Positions 39,537-49,750 are shown, counted from the stretch's first letter. The stretch: DNA of 64,000 nucleotides from Patescibacteria group bacterium (GCA_024653825.1 JANLHF010000001.1:62-64061); one strand, 5' to 3'. A program made the numbers and translations. The notes: a model not told the origin generated them from the sequence alone.

Positions 39537-40264
39537 AAAAATTCCTTATTTTAATAGCAGTCTCATTTATCTCCTTTGTCCCGCTCGCTCTTGCTCAAAC
39601 ACAGAGCGGATTCATCCCACTCGCCCCAATCCCCGGTCTTACTGACCAGAGTCTGACCAGCGCAGTGAACTCAGACACGCTCGCAAACTTCTTTAATAAT
39701 CTTTATAAATATCTCATCGGGCTCGCTGCGGCAATCGCCGTTATCCAGATTATCTGGGCAGGGCTCGACATCGCCTTCTTCCATAAGGACGCGGTGAGCG
39801 CTATCACCGATGATAAAGGAAAAATATACAACGCCATCTATGGTCTTATCCTCATCCTGTCCCCGGTGCTCGTCTTCTCCATCATTAATCCTAATATCCT
39901 GAACCTCTCGATCGGTCTTCCGGAACTCGACACTGTATCTGGTCCTCCGATTCAACAAAACACAACAACGGTCACTCCTTATATACAACAATCGGTCAGA
40001 CCTGGGAGCACGCGAGCGATCTATAATGGCCAGCTTATCGGTTTCCAAGAAGGTCCCGCGACCACTCCCCAAGCAAGTACTTGGTGCTATCCTCTTGCTT
40101 CTCCTCAGACAAATACCGATCCGGCGCTGAACGGCGGACAACCATACCAAGCGACGGTTTTTTGCGCGCGAGACTCAGGGGGATGCAGATCTTTTATGAA
40201 TGGAAGTTCCGGAACACCATGGGTACCAGCAACAGGTGCCCAGTGTATTCTCACTCCTCCATAA
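39533..40264 (+). CDS. Signal-peptide protein with TM hairpin, VirB2/TrbC pilin-like candidate
   Basis: Signal peptide, then LANFFNNLYKYLIGLAAAIAVIQIIWAGLDIAF and a second helix. The topology resembles T4SS pilins. Confidence 0.4.
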   Translation: MKKFLILIAVSFISFVPLALAQTQSGFIPLAPIPGLTDQSLTSAVNSDTLANFFNNLYKYLIGLAAAIAVIQIIWAGLDIAFFHKDAVSAITDDKGKIYNAIYGLILILSPVLVFSIINPNILNLSIGLPELDTVSGPPIQQNTTTVTPYIQQSVRPGSTRAIYNGQLIGFQEGPATTPQASTWCYPLASPQTNTDPALNGGQPYQATVFCARDSGGCRSFMNGSSGTPWVPATGAQCILTPP

Positions 40265-40265
40265 T

Positions 40266-41465
40266 ATGCGTCAAAAACTAATCATTGCTGCAGCTGCGAT
40301 AGTCATCCTCGGGATTGGCGCCGCTGTCTACTTTCTCTTCTTCACCGGCTCCGCAACAGTGACCACTGTTCCGGGAACAACCTCTGGCCTACCTATGTCC
40401 GGCCCGGAAACATCTCTACCTGGAGAAACAACGTCGACGACCACATCTCTCGTGCTGGGATCGCCGATATCTGTTGGGGCTCGGTTGGTGAAGATTGCCG
40501 CAGGGCCGATAGTTCCGGGAGAAATAATCGTGAACAAGGAAGGCACGGCGAGTACCTCTCCCGAATCTACGGTCAGTTATATCGAACGCCAGAGCGGTAA
40601 TGTGTATGCCTACAGCACCCTCACAAAGGCGATAACGCGTATCTCGAACAAGACTGTCCCAGGTATCCAGTCTGCCGTATGGCTCCCCGATGCGTCGACC
40701 GCATTCGTCCGGTATCTCTCGGGAACAGATTTTTCAACCCTTAACACCTATGCGCTCCCCGTAAGTGGTTCCGGTGGATTTTTCCTCTCCCAAAATCTGT
40801 CCGACATCAGCGTTTCTTCCGCGAACATTCTCACCCTCGCCTCGGGCGTCAACGGCTCCAGTGTCTCCCTTGCGCGTACTGATGGATCACACTCATCATC
40901 GGTATTTACAACCCCTCTCTCCTCCCTCCGTATCTCGTTCGTGGGAAAGTCACAATATCTTGTCTTTACCAAGCCCTCCGCGACGCTCATGGGCAACGCC
41001 TTCCTTGTAGATGGTGCGGGGCGTTTCTCGCGCATCGCGGGCCCTCTCACCGGCCTTGTTGCTCTCGCGAGCCCTCTCGGGAAGTGGGTGCTGATAAGTT
41101 ACACCTTGGGGAATGCAATGCAGTTGAAACTAGTGAATGTCGCAACGAAAGAATCCGTCGCCCTCCCGATCGCGACCATCGCCGACAAGTGTGTGTGGGC
41201 ACAAAACGACTCTTCAGTGTATTGCGGCATACCAATGAATCCTTCTGGTTCAAACTACCCTGATGACTGGTATCAAGGGGCAATACATTTCTCGGACCGT
41301 ATTTGGAAAATAGAAGTGGCGAGCCGTTACGCACAACTCATTCTTGATTTTACAGCAGAAACGAAAGACGCTCTTGATGCCGAAGCCCTCTCTATTGATG
41401 CATCTCTAACTACCCTTGTGTTTGTGAATAAAAATGATGGCTCACTCTGGAGCTACTCTTTGTAA
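40266..41465 (+). CDS. Membrane-anchored periplasmic beta-propeller-like protein
   Basis: N-terminal TM helix, then repeated beta-rich segments. 399 aa. Confidence 0.45.
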   Translation: MRQKLIIAAAAIVILGIGAAVYFLFFTGSATVTTVPGTTSGLPMSGPETSLPGETTSTTTSLVLGSPISVGARLVKIAAGPIVPGEIIVNKEGTASTSPESTVSYIERQSGNVYAYSTLTKAITRISNKTVPGIQSAVWLPDASTAFVRYLSGTDFSTLNTYALPVSGSGGFFLSQNLSDISVSSANILTLASGVNGSSVSLARTDGSHSSSVFTTPLSSLRISFVGKSQYLVFTKPSATLMGNAFLVDGAGRFSRIAGPLTGLVALASPLGKWVLISYTLGNAMQLKLVNVATKESVALPIATIADKCVWAQNDSSVYCGIPMNPSGSNYPDDWYQGAIHFSDRIWKIEVASRYAQLILDFTAETKDALDAEALSIDASLTTLVFVNKNDGSLWSYSL

Positions 41466-42200
41466 TTCCTCCTTTAGATCCTCTGTGGTGAGTGTTTTAC
41501 GTACATAGAGCTCTTGGAGTGCTCCGGCGAGGTTTGTTGTAATAAAATAGAGAGCAACAGCCCCTGAGGTCGTGTAAGAGATTGTTCCAATAAGGAAGGG
41601 GAAGACGTATTTCAACTGTAACCCCATCACGCGCTGGAAATCATTTTGCATACCCCTGCCCTCGGACGGCTTCATCGTCCCTGAAAGGGCCATATGCGCT
41701 TGGAGGAACTGAGTGATGCCCGCGAGCACTGCGAGGGTGATACTTTTCCCTGCGACAGAAATAAATCCTAAGAACTCTAGGGAGATGAGGTGTGGAATCG
41801 GGGTAAGTGCATAGAGCCGGGCGGTGTTGATAGTTGAAAAAGGCTCGTAATAGAAGACCCAGTAGAGGGCGAGAAGAACGGGGATCTGGATGAAAACAGT
41901 GAGGATACTCGCGAAAGGATTCACTTGTGCCTCTTTATAGAGAGCGAGTGTCTCGAGTGCTTCTTTCTCTTTATCTCCCTTATGTTTTTCTTTCAGGTCT
42001 TTTATCTTCGGCTCGAGTATCTTCATCGCGCGCTGGGTGCGTGCCGCAGAAAGGGAGAAGGGGAGAAGTACGAGACGGATAACAATAGTGAGAAGAATGA
42101 CCGCAATCCCTACATCCCCACCAGGGACGAGCGCAACAAGAGCGACAAGAGCGTTGTAGATCGGATTATAGAAAACAGTGTGGAAAAAAGTTGAGATCAC
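41442..42200 (-). CDS. yidC: Membrane protein insertase YidC (short form)
   Basis: 252 aa with the YidC/Oxa1 core helices. It lies in rpmH-rnpA-yidC synteny. Confidence 0.85.
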   Translation of the reverse strand: MISTFFHTVFYNPIYNALVALVALVPGGDVGIAVILLTIVIRLVLLPFSLSAARTQRAMKILEPKIKDLKEKHKGDKEKEALETLALYKEAQVNPFASILTVFIQIPVLLALYWVFYYEPFSTINTARLYALTPIPHLISLEFLGFISVAGKSITLAVLAGITQFLQAHMALSGTMKPSEGRGMQNDFQRVMGLQLKYVFPFLIGTISYTTSGAVALYFITTNLAGALQELYVRKTLTTEDLKEELQRVAPE

Positions 42201-42496
42201 GAAAGAAGTTTCTTTAACTCTGATTGAATATCTTTGTAGCTTACACTACTTACAGATGTTTTGGGAAAAAGAATGAGGGAAGAAGGAAGCTGGAGGGTGC
42301 GGAGTGCTGAAAGTACGCGACGTTTTATCTTATGTCGTGTGACCGAGAGCCTCGCTACCTTTTTGGGTATAACCACAGCGTGTCCTCTTCCTTCTGAGGA
42401 GATAATCACCATAAAATGTAGTGAGGAGAGCCTTCGTCCGGTTTTAAGGACGGTAGGGAATGACGCTCGAGGAAGCCGTTCTCGCCGTCTAAACAC
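42197..42496 (-). CDS. rnpA: Ribonuclease P protein component
   Basis: 99 aa, basic, with the RNR-like motif KKVARLSVTRHKIKRR. It is adjacent to rpmH. Confidence 0.82.
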   Translation of the reverse strand: MFRRRERLPRASFPTVLKTGRRLSSLHFMVIISSEGRGHAVVIPKKVARLSVTRHKIKRRVLSALRTLQLPSSLILFPKTSVSSVSYKDIQSELKKLLS

Positions 42497-42498
42497 AG

Positions 42499-42636
42499 CT
42501 AAACCGCGAGACGGGTCCTCCCGGCACGACGACGACGGAGCACAATCTTGCGCCCAGAACTTGTCTTTGTGCGGGCGAGGAACCCGTGGGTGGTAGCGCG
42601 CTTCTTTTTCTTCGGTTGATAGGTCCGTTTGGTCAT
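42499..42636 (-). CDS. rpmH: 50S ribosomal protein L34
   Basis: Translated by hand: [45 protein letters not shown]. It is below the ORF-track length cutoff. Confidence 0.85.
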   Translation of the reverse strand: MTKRTYQPKKKKRATTHGFLARTKTSSGRKIVLRRRRAGRTRLAV

Positions 42637-42731
42637 GTAGAAAAGATTAGTTTATACACATGATATTAACAGGTTTTCCACGAAACGCCAACGTGCCTTG
42701 TTTATGGTATCAGCGTATACTCCAGAGTATT
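42637..42731. promoter_or_regulatory. Putative oriC segment / dnaA promoter region with DnaA-box-like sites
   Basis: TTATACACA (8/9) and TTTTCCACG (7/9) lie between rpmH and dnaA. A further CTATCCACA lies at 44099-44107, between dnaA and dnaN. Confidence 0.45.
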
Positions 42732-44084
42732 ATGGATAAGGGAAATCCTCGAGAGTTGTGGGAATACATTCTTACTCAAATCGAGCTTTCTATTTCTTCC
42801 GCAAATTTCAATACTTGGTTTCGAAATAGCTTCATAGTAAAAATAGGAGAGGACGGGGTTATCTACATCGGGGTGCCGAGCCAATTTTTTAAAGATTGGT
42901 ACCTAAAGAAATTTCATTCTCTTCTTTTGAAGATTGCCCGTGATGTTTCGTATGAGTTCCGTAATATTGAATATCTTATTGTAAAGGATGAACACCGTAA
43001 GATTCAGAAAGAAACGAAGAATGTGCGTGGTGTAATGGAACTCCCTCTTGATGAATTCTATATCAACAAAAGTGATAGTCTAAATCCGCGCTACACCTTC
43101 GATACGTTCGTTATTGGTTCTTTTAATACTCTTGCGCACACTGCCGCTCAAGCAGCGCTTGCACGACCTGGTATCACCTATAATCCTCTCTTTGTGTATG
43201 GCGACACAGGAAGAGGGAAGACCCATCTTATTCAAGCGATTGGAAATCAGTTTAAGAAACAGTACCCTGGACGCAAAGTGTTTTATCTCACTTCAGAAAA
43301 ATTTGCTGTTGATTACACTGATTCGGTACAAGCGGGAACTGCAAATCGTTTCAAAGACAAATACCGTCAGTATGATCTTCTTATTATGGATGACGTTCAG
43401 TTCCTCTCTAAAAAAGATAAAACGCAAGAAGAACTCTTTCATCTCTTTAATACCCTCCACGATACAAATAAACAAATTATATTTTCCTCCGATCGTGCAC
43501 CTTCTGCTATTCCTGATATTGCTGAACGATTAAAAGGTCGTCTTGCAAGTGGTATGGCGGTCGATATTAGTGAACCTGATACTGAATCGCGTATGGCTAT
43601 CGTACAGAAAAAGGCTGCATCACATGGGATTATGCTTTCCCCAGAAGTTATCGAGTATGTCGCGACAGCAATGTCAGGCTCTATCCGAGAATTAGAAGGG
43701 ATGGTGAATAGTATTATTTGTCATGCTCAAGTAAAGGGGAGTGCACCTGATATTGCTGAGGTACGCCAATCACTTCGCTCTTTTACTCGACCTCAGAAAA
43801 ACATCTCTGTGAAGAATGTAGTTGATAAGGTCGCAGAATATTATGGTATTGATGAAGAAAGTATTTATGAGAAAACAAGAAGAAGAGAGGTAGTGCGTCC
43901 TCGACAAGTAATTATGTACCTCCTTAGAGAAGACTTTAGTATTTCATATCCTACAATAGGAACAAAACTTGGTGGTCGTGATCACACAACTGTTATTCAC
44001 TCGTGTGAGAAAATAAAGCGTGAAGTACTTGTGGACAATGATCTTTTAAAAGAGATCCAAAATATTAGATCTCTTCTTGTATGA
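42732..44084 (+). CDS. dnaA: Chromosomal replication initiator DnaA
   Basis: AAA+ Walker A GDTGRGKTHL, a sensor region, and a C-terminal DNA-binding helix-turn-helix. Confidence 0.93.
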   Translation: MDKGNPRELWEYILTQIELSISSANFNTWFRNSFIVKIGEDGVIYIGVPSQFFKDWYLKKFHSLLLKIARDVSYEFRNIEYLIVKDEHRKIQKETKNVRGVMELPLDEFYINKSDSLNPRYTFDTFVIGSFNTLAHTAAQAALARPGITYNPLFVYGDTGRGKTHLIQAIGNQFKKQYPGRKVFYLTSEKFAVDYTDSVQAGTANRFKDKYRQYDLLIMDDVQFLSKKDKTQEELFHLFNTLHDTNKQIIFSSDRAPSAIPDIAERLKGRLASGMAVDISEPDTESRMAIVQKKAASHGIMLSPEVIEYVATAMSGSIRELEGMVNSIICHAQVKGSAPDIAEVRQSLRSFTRPQKNISVKNVVDKVAEYYGIDEESIYEKTRRREVVRPRQVIMYLLREDFSISYPTIGTKLGGRDHTTVIHSCEKIKREVLVDNDLLKEIQNIRSLLV

Positions 44085-44196
44085 ACTTTATACTTACTCT
44101 ATCCACATATTCTGTTTTCTTGAATGAGGAAAATACACAATCACTATATAGTTCTTTCAGCCTATCCCCAGTGTTAACAGCCCTAATAGATGTTGT

Positions 44197-45297
44197 ATGA
44201 ATATTTCAATAGAAAAAAAAGAATTCGTTGAAGCAGTGCATAAGTCAGCACGTTTTGCTGAAAAGAAGACTGGAACACTCCCAGCACTCTCTTCAATCCT
44301 TATTATTGCAAGTGGTGATGGTATAAAAATGCGCGCAACGAATCTTGAAACAGGTATTGATTTAAAACTGAATGGAAAAGTTATATCCGATGGTGTTGTT
44401 GCAATACCTGCAACTATACTCCAACAGATAGCAAGTTCACTTACTCATGAAGGGACGATAGTATTAGAACATACAGGAGACACTCTCTCATTAAAGAGTG
44501 GTATGGGAAAAAGTACTATTAAGACGGTTGCTTACGACGATTTTCCTTCAATTCCTTTTCCAGAGAATCCGAAAAATAGAATGGTGATTCCTGGAGTTCT
44601 TCTTCGTTCTCTTTTTACCTCAATAGCATCTTGTGCTTCTTCTTCGACTATTCGACCTGAATTATCGAGTTTATATCTATCTGTAGAGGGAAATATATTA
44701 ACTGCAGTAGCAACAGATTCTTTCCGTCTCGCAGAGAAAAAAATTCCTCTTTCAAATAAAGGAACACAAGGAAAATTCCTTATTCCTGCTAAAAATGCGC
44801 TTGAGATAGCACAAGCACTACCAGATGAAGATATTATTATGTCTTTCGATGAACATCAATGTGCTTTTGTGGGAGATATGGGAATGATTGTTTCTCGACT
44901 CACAAACGCAACATATCCTGATTATCGGCAGATAATACCAAAAGAATCAATTGTTGAAGCGATTGTTCTTCGAAAAGATTTTGAACAAGCTTTAAAAAGA
45001 ACTACTATTTTTTCCGATTCATTCCAGAAAATACGAATAAGCTTTGATTCAAAGAAAAATACTCTTTCATTTTTTGCACGCAATCCAGATATTGGAGAAT
45101 CATCAGAAATCATACCAGCTCATATATCCGGTAGTGCACTCGATCTCTCGTTTAACTATCGGTATCTTTCAGCGGTACTCTCTCTTACAACTACAGAAAG
45201 TATTTCATTAACTGCTGCAGGAATAGGGCGCCCAATTATTATAAAGGGGATAACTGATACATCTCTTCTGTATCTCGTCTCTCCAATGAATCAGTAG
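44197..45297 (+). CDS. dnaN: DNA polymerase III beta sliding clamp
   Basis: 366 aa with a three-domain clamp pattern, directly downstream of dnaA. Confidence 0.9.
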   Translation: MNISIEKKEFVEAVHKSARFAEKKTGTLPALSSILIIASGDGIKMRATNLETGIDLKLNGKVISDGVVAIPATILQQIASSLTHEGTIVLEHTGDTLSLKSGMGKSTIKTVAYDDFPSIPFPENPKNRMVIPGVLLRSLFTSIASCASSSTIRPELSSLYLSVEGNILTAVATDSFRLAEKKIPLSNKGTQGKFLIPAKNALEIAQALPDEDIIMSFDEHQCAFVGDMGMIVSRLTNATYPDYRQIIPKESIVEAIVLRKDFEQALKRTTIFSDSFQKIRISFDSKKNTLSFFARNPDIGESSEIIPAHISGSALDLSFNYRYLSAVLSLTTTESISLTAAGIGRPIIIKGITDTSLLYLVSPMNQ

Positions 45298-45314
45298 AAG
45301 ATATATAATCCTAT

Positions 45315-47585
45315 TTAATATATTTTGGTAGAAGTAGAGACAAAAGTCTGAGCTGGTAAAGAAAGAGGGACAGGGAGCATTACTCCTTGGGTAAAAAGTT
45401 CCGGGTGATTTTTGTACCACGACGAAACACCATATTCCCAATACGCAAACTGCGGATCTTGTGCAGGGTTCAGAGGAGGAGGTCCTTGAGGATTGTTTTT
45501 GTCAGTCCAATATAATAAATCATGCGGTATGATTTCTCCATTTTCATCAGGTACATACCAATTTCCTCTAAGAAGTGGTGGAACGGTTGTGAGAATAGGA
45601 GTAGGTTCTCCAAAATAGGATTTCGGATATTTTGAAAGAGCGTATGCCATTACTTCATGCCACATAGGGGCGGCAATAAAACCAGCAACTGACTTCACCA
45701 TCGGGGTATTATCATTATTTCCCACCCAAACACCAACAGCAACGGAAGGAGTATATCCGATAACCCAAGCATCTCTCGTGTCATTTGTTGTACCTGTTTT
45801 TACCGCAACATCGTATCCCTGAAACGAGAGGGGAGAATTTAGAGGATATTCCGGGATGCGTGCGTACGCATTAGAAAGCATTGCTGAAATATCTCGCGCA
45901 ATATTTTCTGGAAGGACTTGTTTTCGTTGAGGAGTTTCCTTGATTAGTAGATTCCCTTGAGAATCATTTATAGAAAGGATACCGGTCGGCTGGTTTAATA
46001 CCCCATCATTTCCAAAAGCAGAATAAGCGCCCGTAAGATCTAGAAGGCGAACTTCACCACCACCGAGCACGAGCGTCAGGCCGTATTGATTTGGACTTCC
46101 GAGTGTTGTGAGACCGAATGATTTTGCAAGATTTATAGCATTCTGTATGCCGACCAGATACAGTGTTTTGATGGCAGGGATGTTAATTGACTGAGCAAGT
46201 GCAGTCTCAAAGGTCATAGGGCCACGAAACTTTTCATCATAATCTGATGGCGCATAACAAGGCGGGGTGTTATTAAAATTTTCCGAAGGTTGGCACGCAG
46301 TTGAAAATTGTGTCGGAGTATCGAATACAACCGTGTCACGGGTATATCCACGTTCAAGAGCGAGAGAATAAATAAAAGGTTTCATTGCGGAGCCAGGCTG
46401 TCGAAGAGCAAGGGTTGCATTATATTGACCCTCTATTTCCTCATCAAAAAAGCTTCTTGAGCCGACCATTGCGAGAATTTGTCCCGTCGACGGCTCTATA
46501 GCAACAAGAGACGCATTTGAGGCACGGAAATCCTTTACATTTTGCAATGCATAGGTATTCACAATTGATTCAGCCTTCACTTCAAGATCCGCATCAAGTG
46601 TTGTGGTCACTTTGAGTCCTGACATAAGTGCGTTTTGTCCATATAAATCTTCTAGTTGGCTTAGGATATAAAAAACGAAATGTGGAGCGACTATTGAGTT
46701 CTGTCCTGTGGTGGCGAAAGATACTTTTTCTTCTTTTGACTGCAGGTACGTTGCGTCGTCAATGAAACCAAGAGTGTTCATTCGTTTGAGCACCAGATCT
46801 TTGCGCGCATCCAGTTCAGCTCGATGACTGCCATAAGGAGAGAAATAACTCGGTGCCTGGATCATCGAGGCAAGATAGGCGGCCTCTGCGAGAGTGAGAT
46901 CTTTCGCGGGGATACCAAAATATGATTCTGAGGCGGCCTCAATGCCATAGAGTGTGCCACCATACGGGATACTATTGAGATAGGTTTCAAGAATCTTTTC
47001 TTTTGAATATACTTGCTCCATTTTTATTGCGAGTACCCATTCATGCACTTTTCGCACAACACTTTTCTTACTTGTGAGGAGGGTATTTTTTACCACTTGC
47101 TGAGTGATGGTCGAACCGCCCTGAGAAAATGTTCCACCAACAATGTCGGCGAGTATTGCTCGAAGAATAGAGGTAAATCGGATACCCCCATGTTCATAAA
47201 AACTCGAGTCTTCAATCGCTATTGTTGCATTGATAGTGTTTGGAGAAATATCAGACAGAGGAATAATGTTTCGTTTCGCATCGCGGTTATAATCATAGAG
47301 AAGAACCTGGCCAGTGCGGTCATATATCTTTGTCGACTGATCAACTTGGCGGGAGGCGAAAGAACTAATGTCGGGGGCAGGTGTTATGGAAACAATGAAA
47401 AAAATACTCCCAAAAAGAAAGAAAAGAATTCCAAAAAAAGAAAGAGTGATAGCGAGGAGTGTATGTCGCCGCAAAGCGAACCGACTAATCATGACGCGAA
47501 TAATAACACACAACCCCGCTTTTGCGGGGCCAGGTGGCAAATCATATATTGATTCAATATGATTCTTCCTTCTCTTCAAGATCAT
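45315..47585 (-). CDS. mrcA: Class A penicillin-binding protein (transglycosylase + transpeptidase)
   Basis: The GT51 motif QGGSTITQQ and the transpeptidase SxxK/KTG motifs are present. N-terminal TM anchor. Confidence 0.88.
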   Translation of the reverse strand: MILKRRKNHIESIYDLPPGPAKAGLCVIIRVMISRFALRRHTLLAITLSFFGILFFLFGSIFFIVSITPAPDISSFASRQVDQSTKIYDRTGQVLLYDYNRDAKRNIIPLSDISPNTINATIAIEDSSFYEHGGIRFTSILRAILADIVGGTFSQGGSTITQQVVKNTLLTSKKSVVRKVHEWVLAIKMEQVYSKEKILETYLNSIPYGGTLYGIEAASESYFGIPAKDLTLAEAAYLASMIQAPSYFSPYGSHRAELDARKDLVLKRMNTLGFIDDATYLQSKEEKVSFATTGQNSIVAPHFVFYILSQLEDLYGQNALMSGLKVTTTLDADLEVKAESIVNTYALQNVKDFRASNASLVAIEPSTGQILAMVGSRSFFDEEIEGQYNATLALRQPGSAMKPFIYSLALERGYTRDTVVFDTPTQFSTACQPSENFNNTPPCYAPSDYDEKFRGPMTFETALAQSINIPAIKTLYLVGIQNAINLAKSFGLTTLGSPNQYGLTLVLGGGEVRLLDLTGAYSAFGNDGVLNQPTGILSINDSQGNLLIKETPQRKQVLPENIARDISAMLSNAYARIPEYPLNSPLSFQGYDVAVKTGTTNDTRDAWVIGYTPSVAVGVWVGNNDNTPMVKSVAGFIAAPMWHEVMAYALSKYPKSYFGEPTPILTTVPPLLRGNWYVPDENGEIIPHDLLYWTDKNNPQGPPPLNPAQDPQFAYWEYGVSSWYKNHPELFTQGVMLPVPLSLPAQTFVSTSTKIY

Positions 47586-47719
47586 CTGGATCTTCTATCA
47601 AGACGGGCTCATCATCGAAATCCTCGTGGGGACTCATATTGTGATAAGAGAGATGTTAATGGGTGTCCCAATGGGGACGGATACATTTGAGCAAATATTT
47701 CGCCGCGCGCAAGCGCTTT

Positions 47720-48211
47720 CTATACCTCATGGGGATTAGTCTTAAAAGGGCCCTGCGCCAAGGCGGTTATACCGATTGCAATAGCGTCGAATTCATCATC
47801 GAGCCTTTTCTTTTTTGGCAGATCAAGAAGTCGTGGAACCATTCGTGCAACCGCAGATTTTTCAGCGCCCCCATAGCCGGTCACTGCGAGCTTTACCTGC
47901 TGTGGAGAACATTCTATGACCGGAAGAAGGGAAATCCCAGCCGCAGCGAGAATTGCTCCACGCGCCTCAGCAACCCCAAGAGCTGTCTTTTTGTTGATGC
48001 TAAAAAAAAGAGTTTCTATTGCGATGGCGTCGGGGGAGTATTCCTTTATTGCGGAAGTAATAGCACGGGACACATGCGAAAGACGTTGAGAAGGTGTTCC
48101 CTTGTCGGGCAGGATACACTCACTCCAGAGGAGTGTTGGTCGTGATGGATTTCCCTCAAGAACAGCAACGCCAAGCCGGTCGTAGCCCGGGTCAATCGCC
48201 AGTATCTTCAT
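47720..48211 (-). CDS. ruvC: Holliday junction resolvase RuvC
   Basis: MKILAIDPGYDRLGVAVLE ... a catalytic acidic tetrad pattern. The long upstream in-frame extension is rejected. Confidence 0.85.
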   Translation of the reverse strand: MKILAIDPGYDRLGVAVLEGNPSRPTLLWSECILPDKGTPSQRLSHVSRAITSAIKEYSPDAIAIETLFFSINKKTALGVAEARGAILAAAGISLLPVIECSPQQVKLAVTGYGGAEKSAVARMVPRLLDLPKKKRLDDEFDAIAIGITALAQGPFKTNPHEV

Positions 48212-48746
48212 AGCCACGCGCATTGGTAAATACTTGTTGAACGTCTTCATATTCATCAAGTGCCTCGAGGATGGCACAGAGTTTTTCTTCATCTTCACCG
48301 GAGACGTCAGTAAGTGGTTCGTTTGGAAGGTAATCCTCTCCTTTTTTATTAAATGCCCAACTCGCTGCGCCAGGGGAGGAGAGCTCGACACCATGAAGGA
48401 CGAGCAGGTGCTTTATTTCCTGCGTTGTTCTGTTTTTATTATCAGTGAGAGCATCAATCATTATTGCAACACCACCCGGACCGTACGCTTCGTACACTAC
48501 TCGAAGGAGTTCACCAGAATCTTTTGAGGTGCCTTTTGCAATAGCACGCTCGATATTTTCCTTAGGCATGTTCGCGGCTTTTGCCCGGGAAATAACGACA
48601 GAGAGCCCCGGAGCAGAGAGGATTCCGTTCGCCTTTTTTGATTCAAGAGAGATAAGACGCGCATAGCGCGAGAAGACACGGCTTCTCGCTGCGTCAGTGA
48701 CGGATTTCTGGCGCTTTATTTGAGACCATTTACTGTGTCCGGACAT
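48192..48746 (-). CDS. yebC: YebC/PmpR family DNA-binding regulator
   Basis: MSGHSKWSQIKRQK is the family N-terminus. 184 aa, which is shorter than typical. Confidence 0.8.
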   Translation of the reverse strand: MSGHSKWSQIKRQKSVTDAARSRVFSRYARLISLESKKANGILSAPGLSVVISRAKAANMPKENIERAIAKGTSKDSGELLRVVYEAYGPGGVAIMIDALTDNKNRTTQEIKHLLVLHGVELSSPGAASWAFNKKGEDYLPNEPLTDVSGEDEEKLCAILEALDEYEDVQQVFTNARGYEDTGD

Positions 48747-48748
48747 AG

Positions 48749-49750
48749 TTAGAAAATATCACCAGACTTTTCACCGCTCAAATAGGAGCGACCTTGAGGA
48801 GTGAGGATGCGACCACGAGAAGAGCGTTCGATAAATCCGAGGCGAAGGAGGTATGGTTCGTAGACATGCTCGACCGTGTCGGGGTCTTCGTGAAGAGCCG
48901 CCGCAACTGCACGGACGCCGGCAGGACCGCCACGGAAACTCTTGAGCAGTGTTTCAAGGTACCGTCGGTCATCTTTAGTAAGGCCTTGAGCATCGATGCC
49001 AAAAAGGTCACATGCTTCATCGCAAAGGGCTGCAGAGAGTTTTCGGTTGTGGACTTCAGAGAAGTCACGCACCCGCTTCAAGAGGGCGTTCGCGACACGT
49101 GGCGTCGCGCGACTTCTCGCAGCGATACGGTCGATGACTTCTTCTGGCGCACTAAGATCAAGGAGGAGCGCCGAACGGCGAATGATGTCACGCAAGTCTT
49201 CATCATTATAAAAATCGAGCTGAAAGACGCCGCCGCCGAAGCGTGAGCGGAGCGGCCCCGAGAGTTCTGCAACGCGTGTTGTCGCCCCGACGAGGGTGAA
49301 AGGGGGGAGGGAGAGTTCAACGGTTCGCGCTGACGGACCCTTCCCCAAAATAATATCGAGATGTCCGGACTCAAGGGCAGGGTAAAGAAGCTCCTCTATT
49401 TTTCTCGAAAGCCGATGAATTTCATCGATAAATAAAACAGTGTTTGGTTCAAGGTTCGTGAGAATGGCGGCGAGGTCGCCTGCCCGCTCGATAGCGACAC
49501 CAGAGGTATTCTTCAAGGGCGATTTAAGCGTCGCGGCGACGAGGTGGGCGAGGGTCGTCTTCCCGACGCCCGGCGGCCCATAGAAGAGGATGTGCTCCGG
49601 CATCCCGCCGCGCTTTTTCGCAGCATCAATGGCGATGCGAACGTTCGCCTTCACCTGCTTCTGGCCGACGTATTCGTCCCAATTGACAGGCCGGAGCGCC
49701 ATGTCGAGCGATTTGGTCAGAGGCAGGAGCGTCGCGAGAGGACTTGACAT
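48749..49750 (-). CDS. ruvB: Holliday junction branch-migration helicase RuvB
   Basis: AAA+ motifs GPPGVGKTTLA and DEIHRL, plus a winged-helix C-terminus. Confidence 0.9.
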   Translation of the reverse strand: MSSPLATLLPLTKSLDMALRPVNWDEYVGQKQVKANVRIAIDAAKKRGGMPEHILFYGPPGVGKTTLAHLVAATLKSPLKNTSGVAIERAGDLAAILTNLEPNTVLFIDEIHRLSRKIEELLYPALESGHLDIILGKGPSARTVELSLPPFTLVGATTRVAELSGPLRSRFGGGVFQLDFYNDEDLRDIIRRSALLLDLSAPEEVIDRIAARSRATPRVANALLKRVRDFSEVHNRKLSAALCDEACDLFGIDAQGLTKDDRRYLETLLKSFRGGPAGVRAVAAALHEDPDTVEHVYEPYLLRLGFIERSSRGRILTPQGRSYLSGEKSGDIF

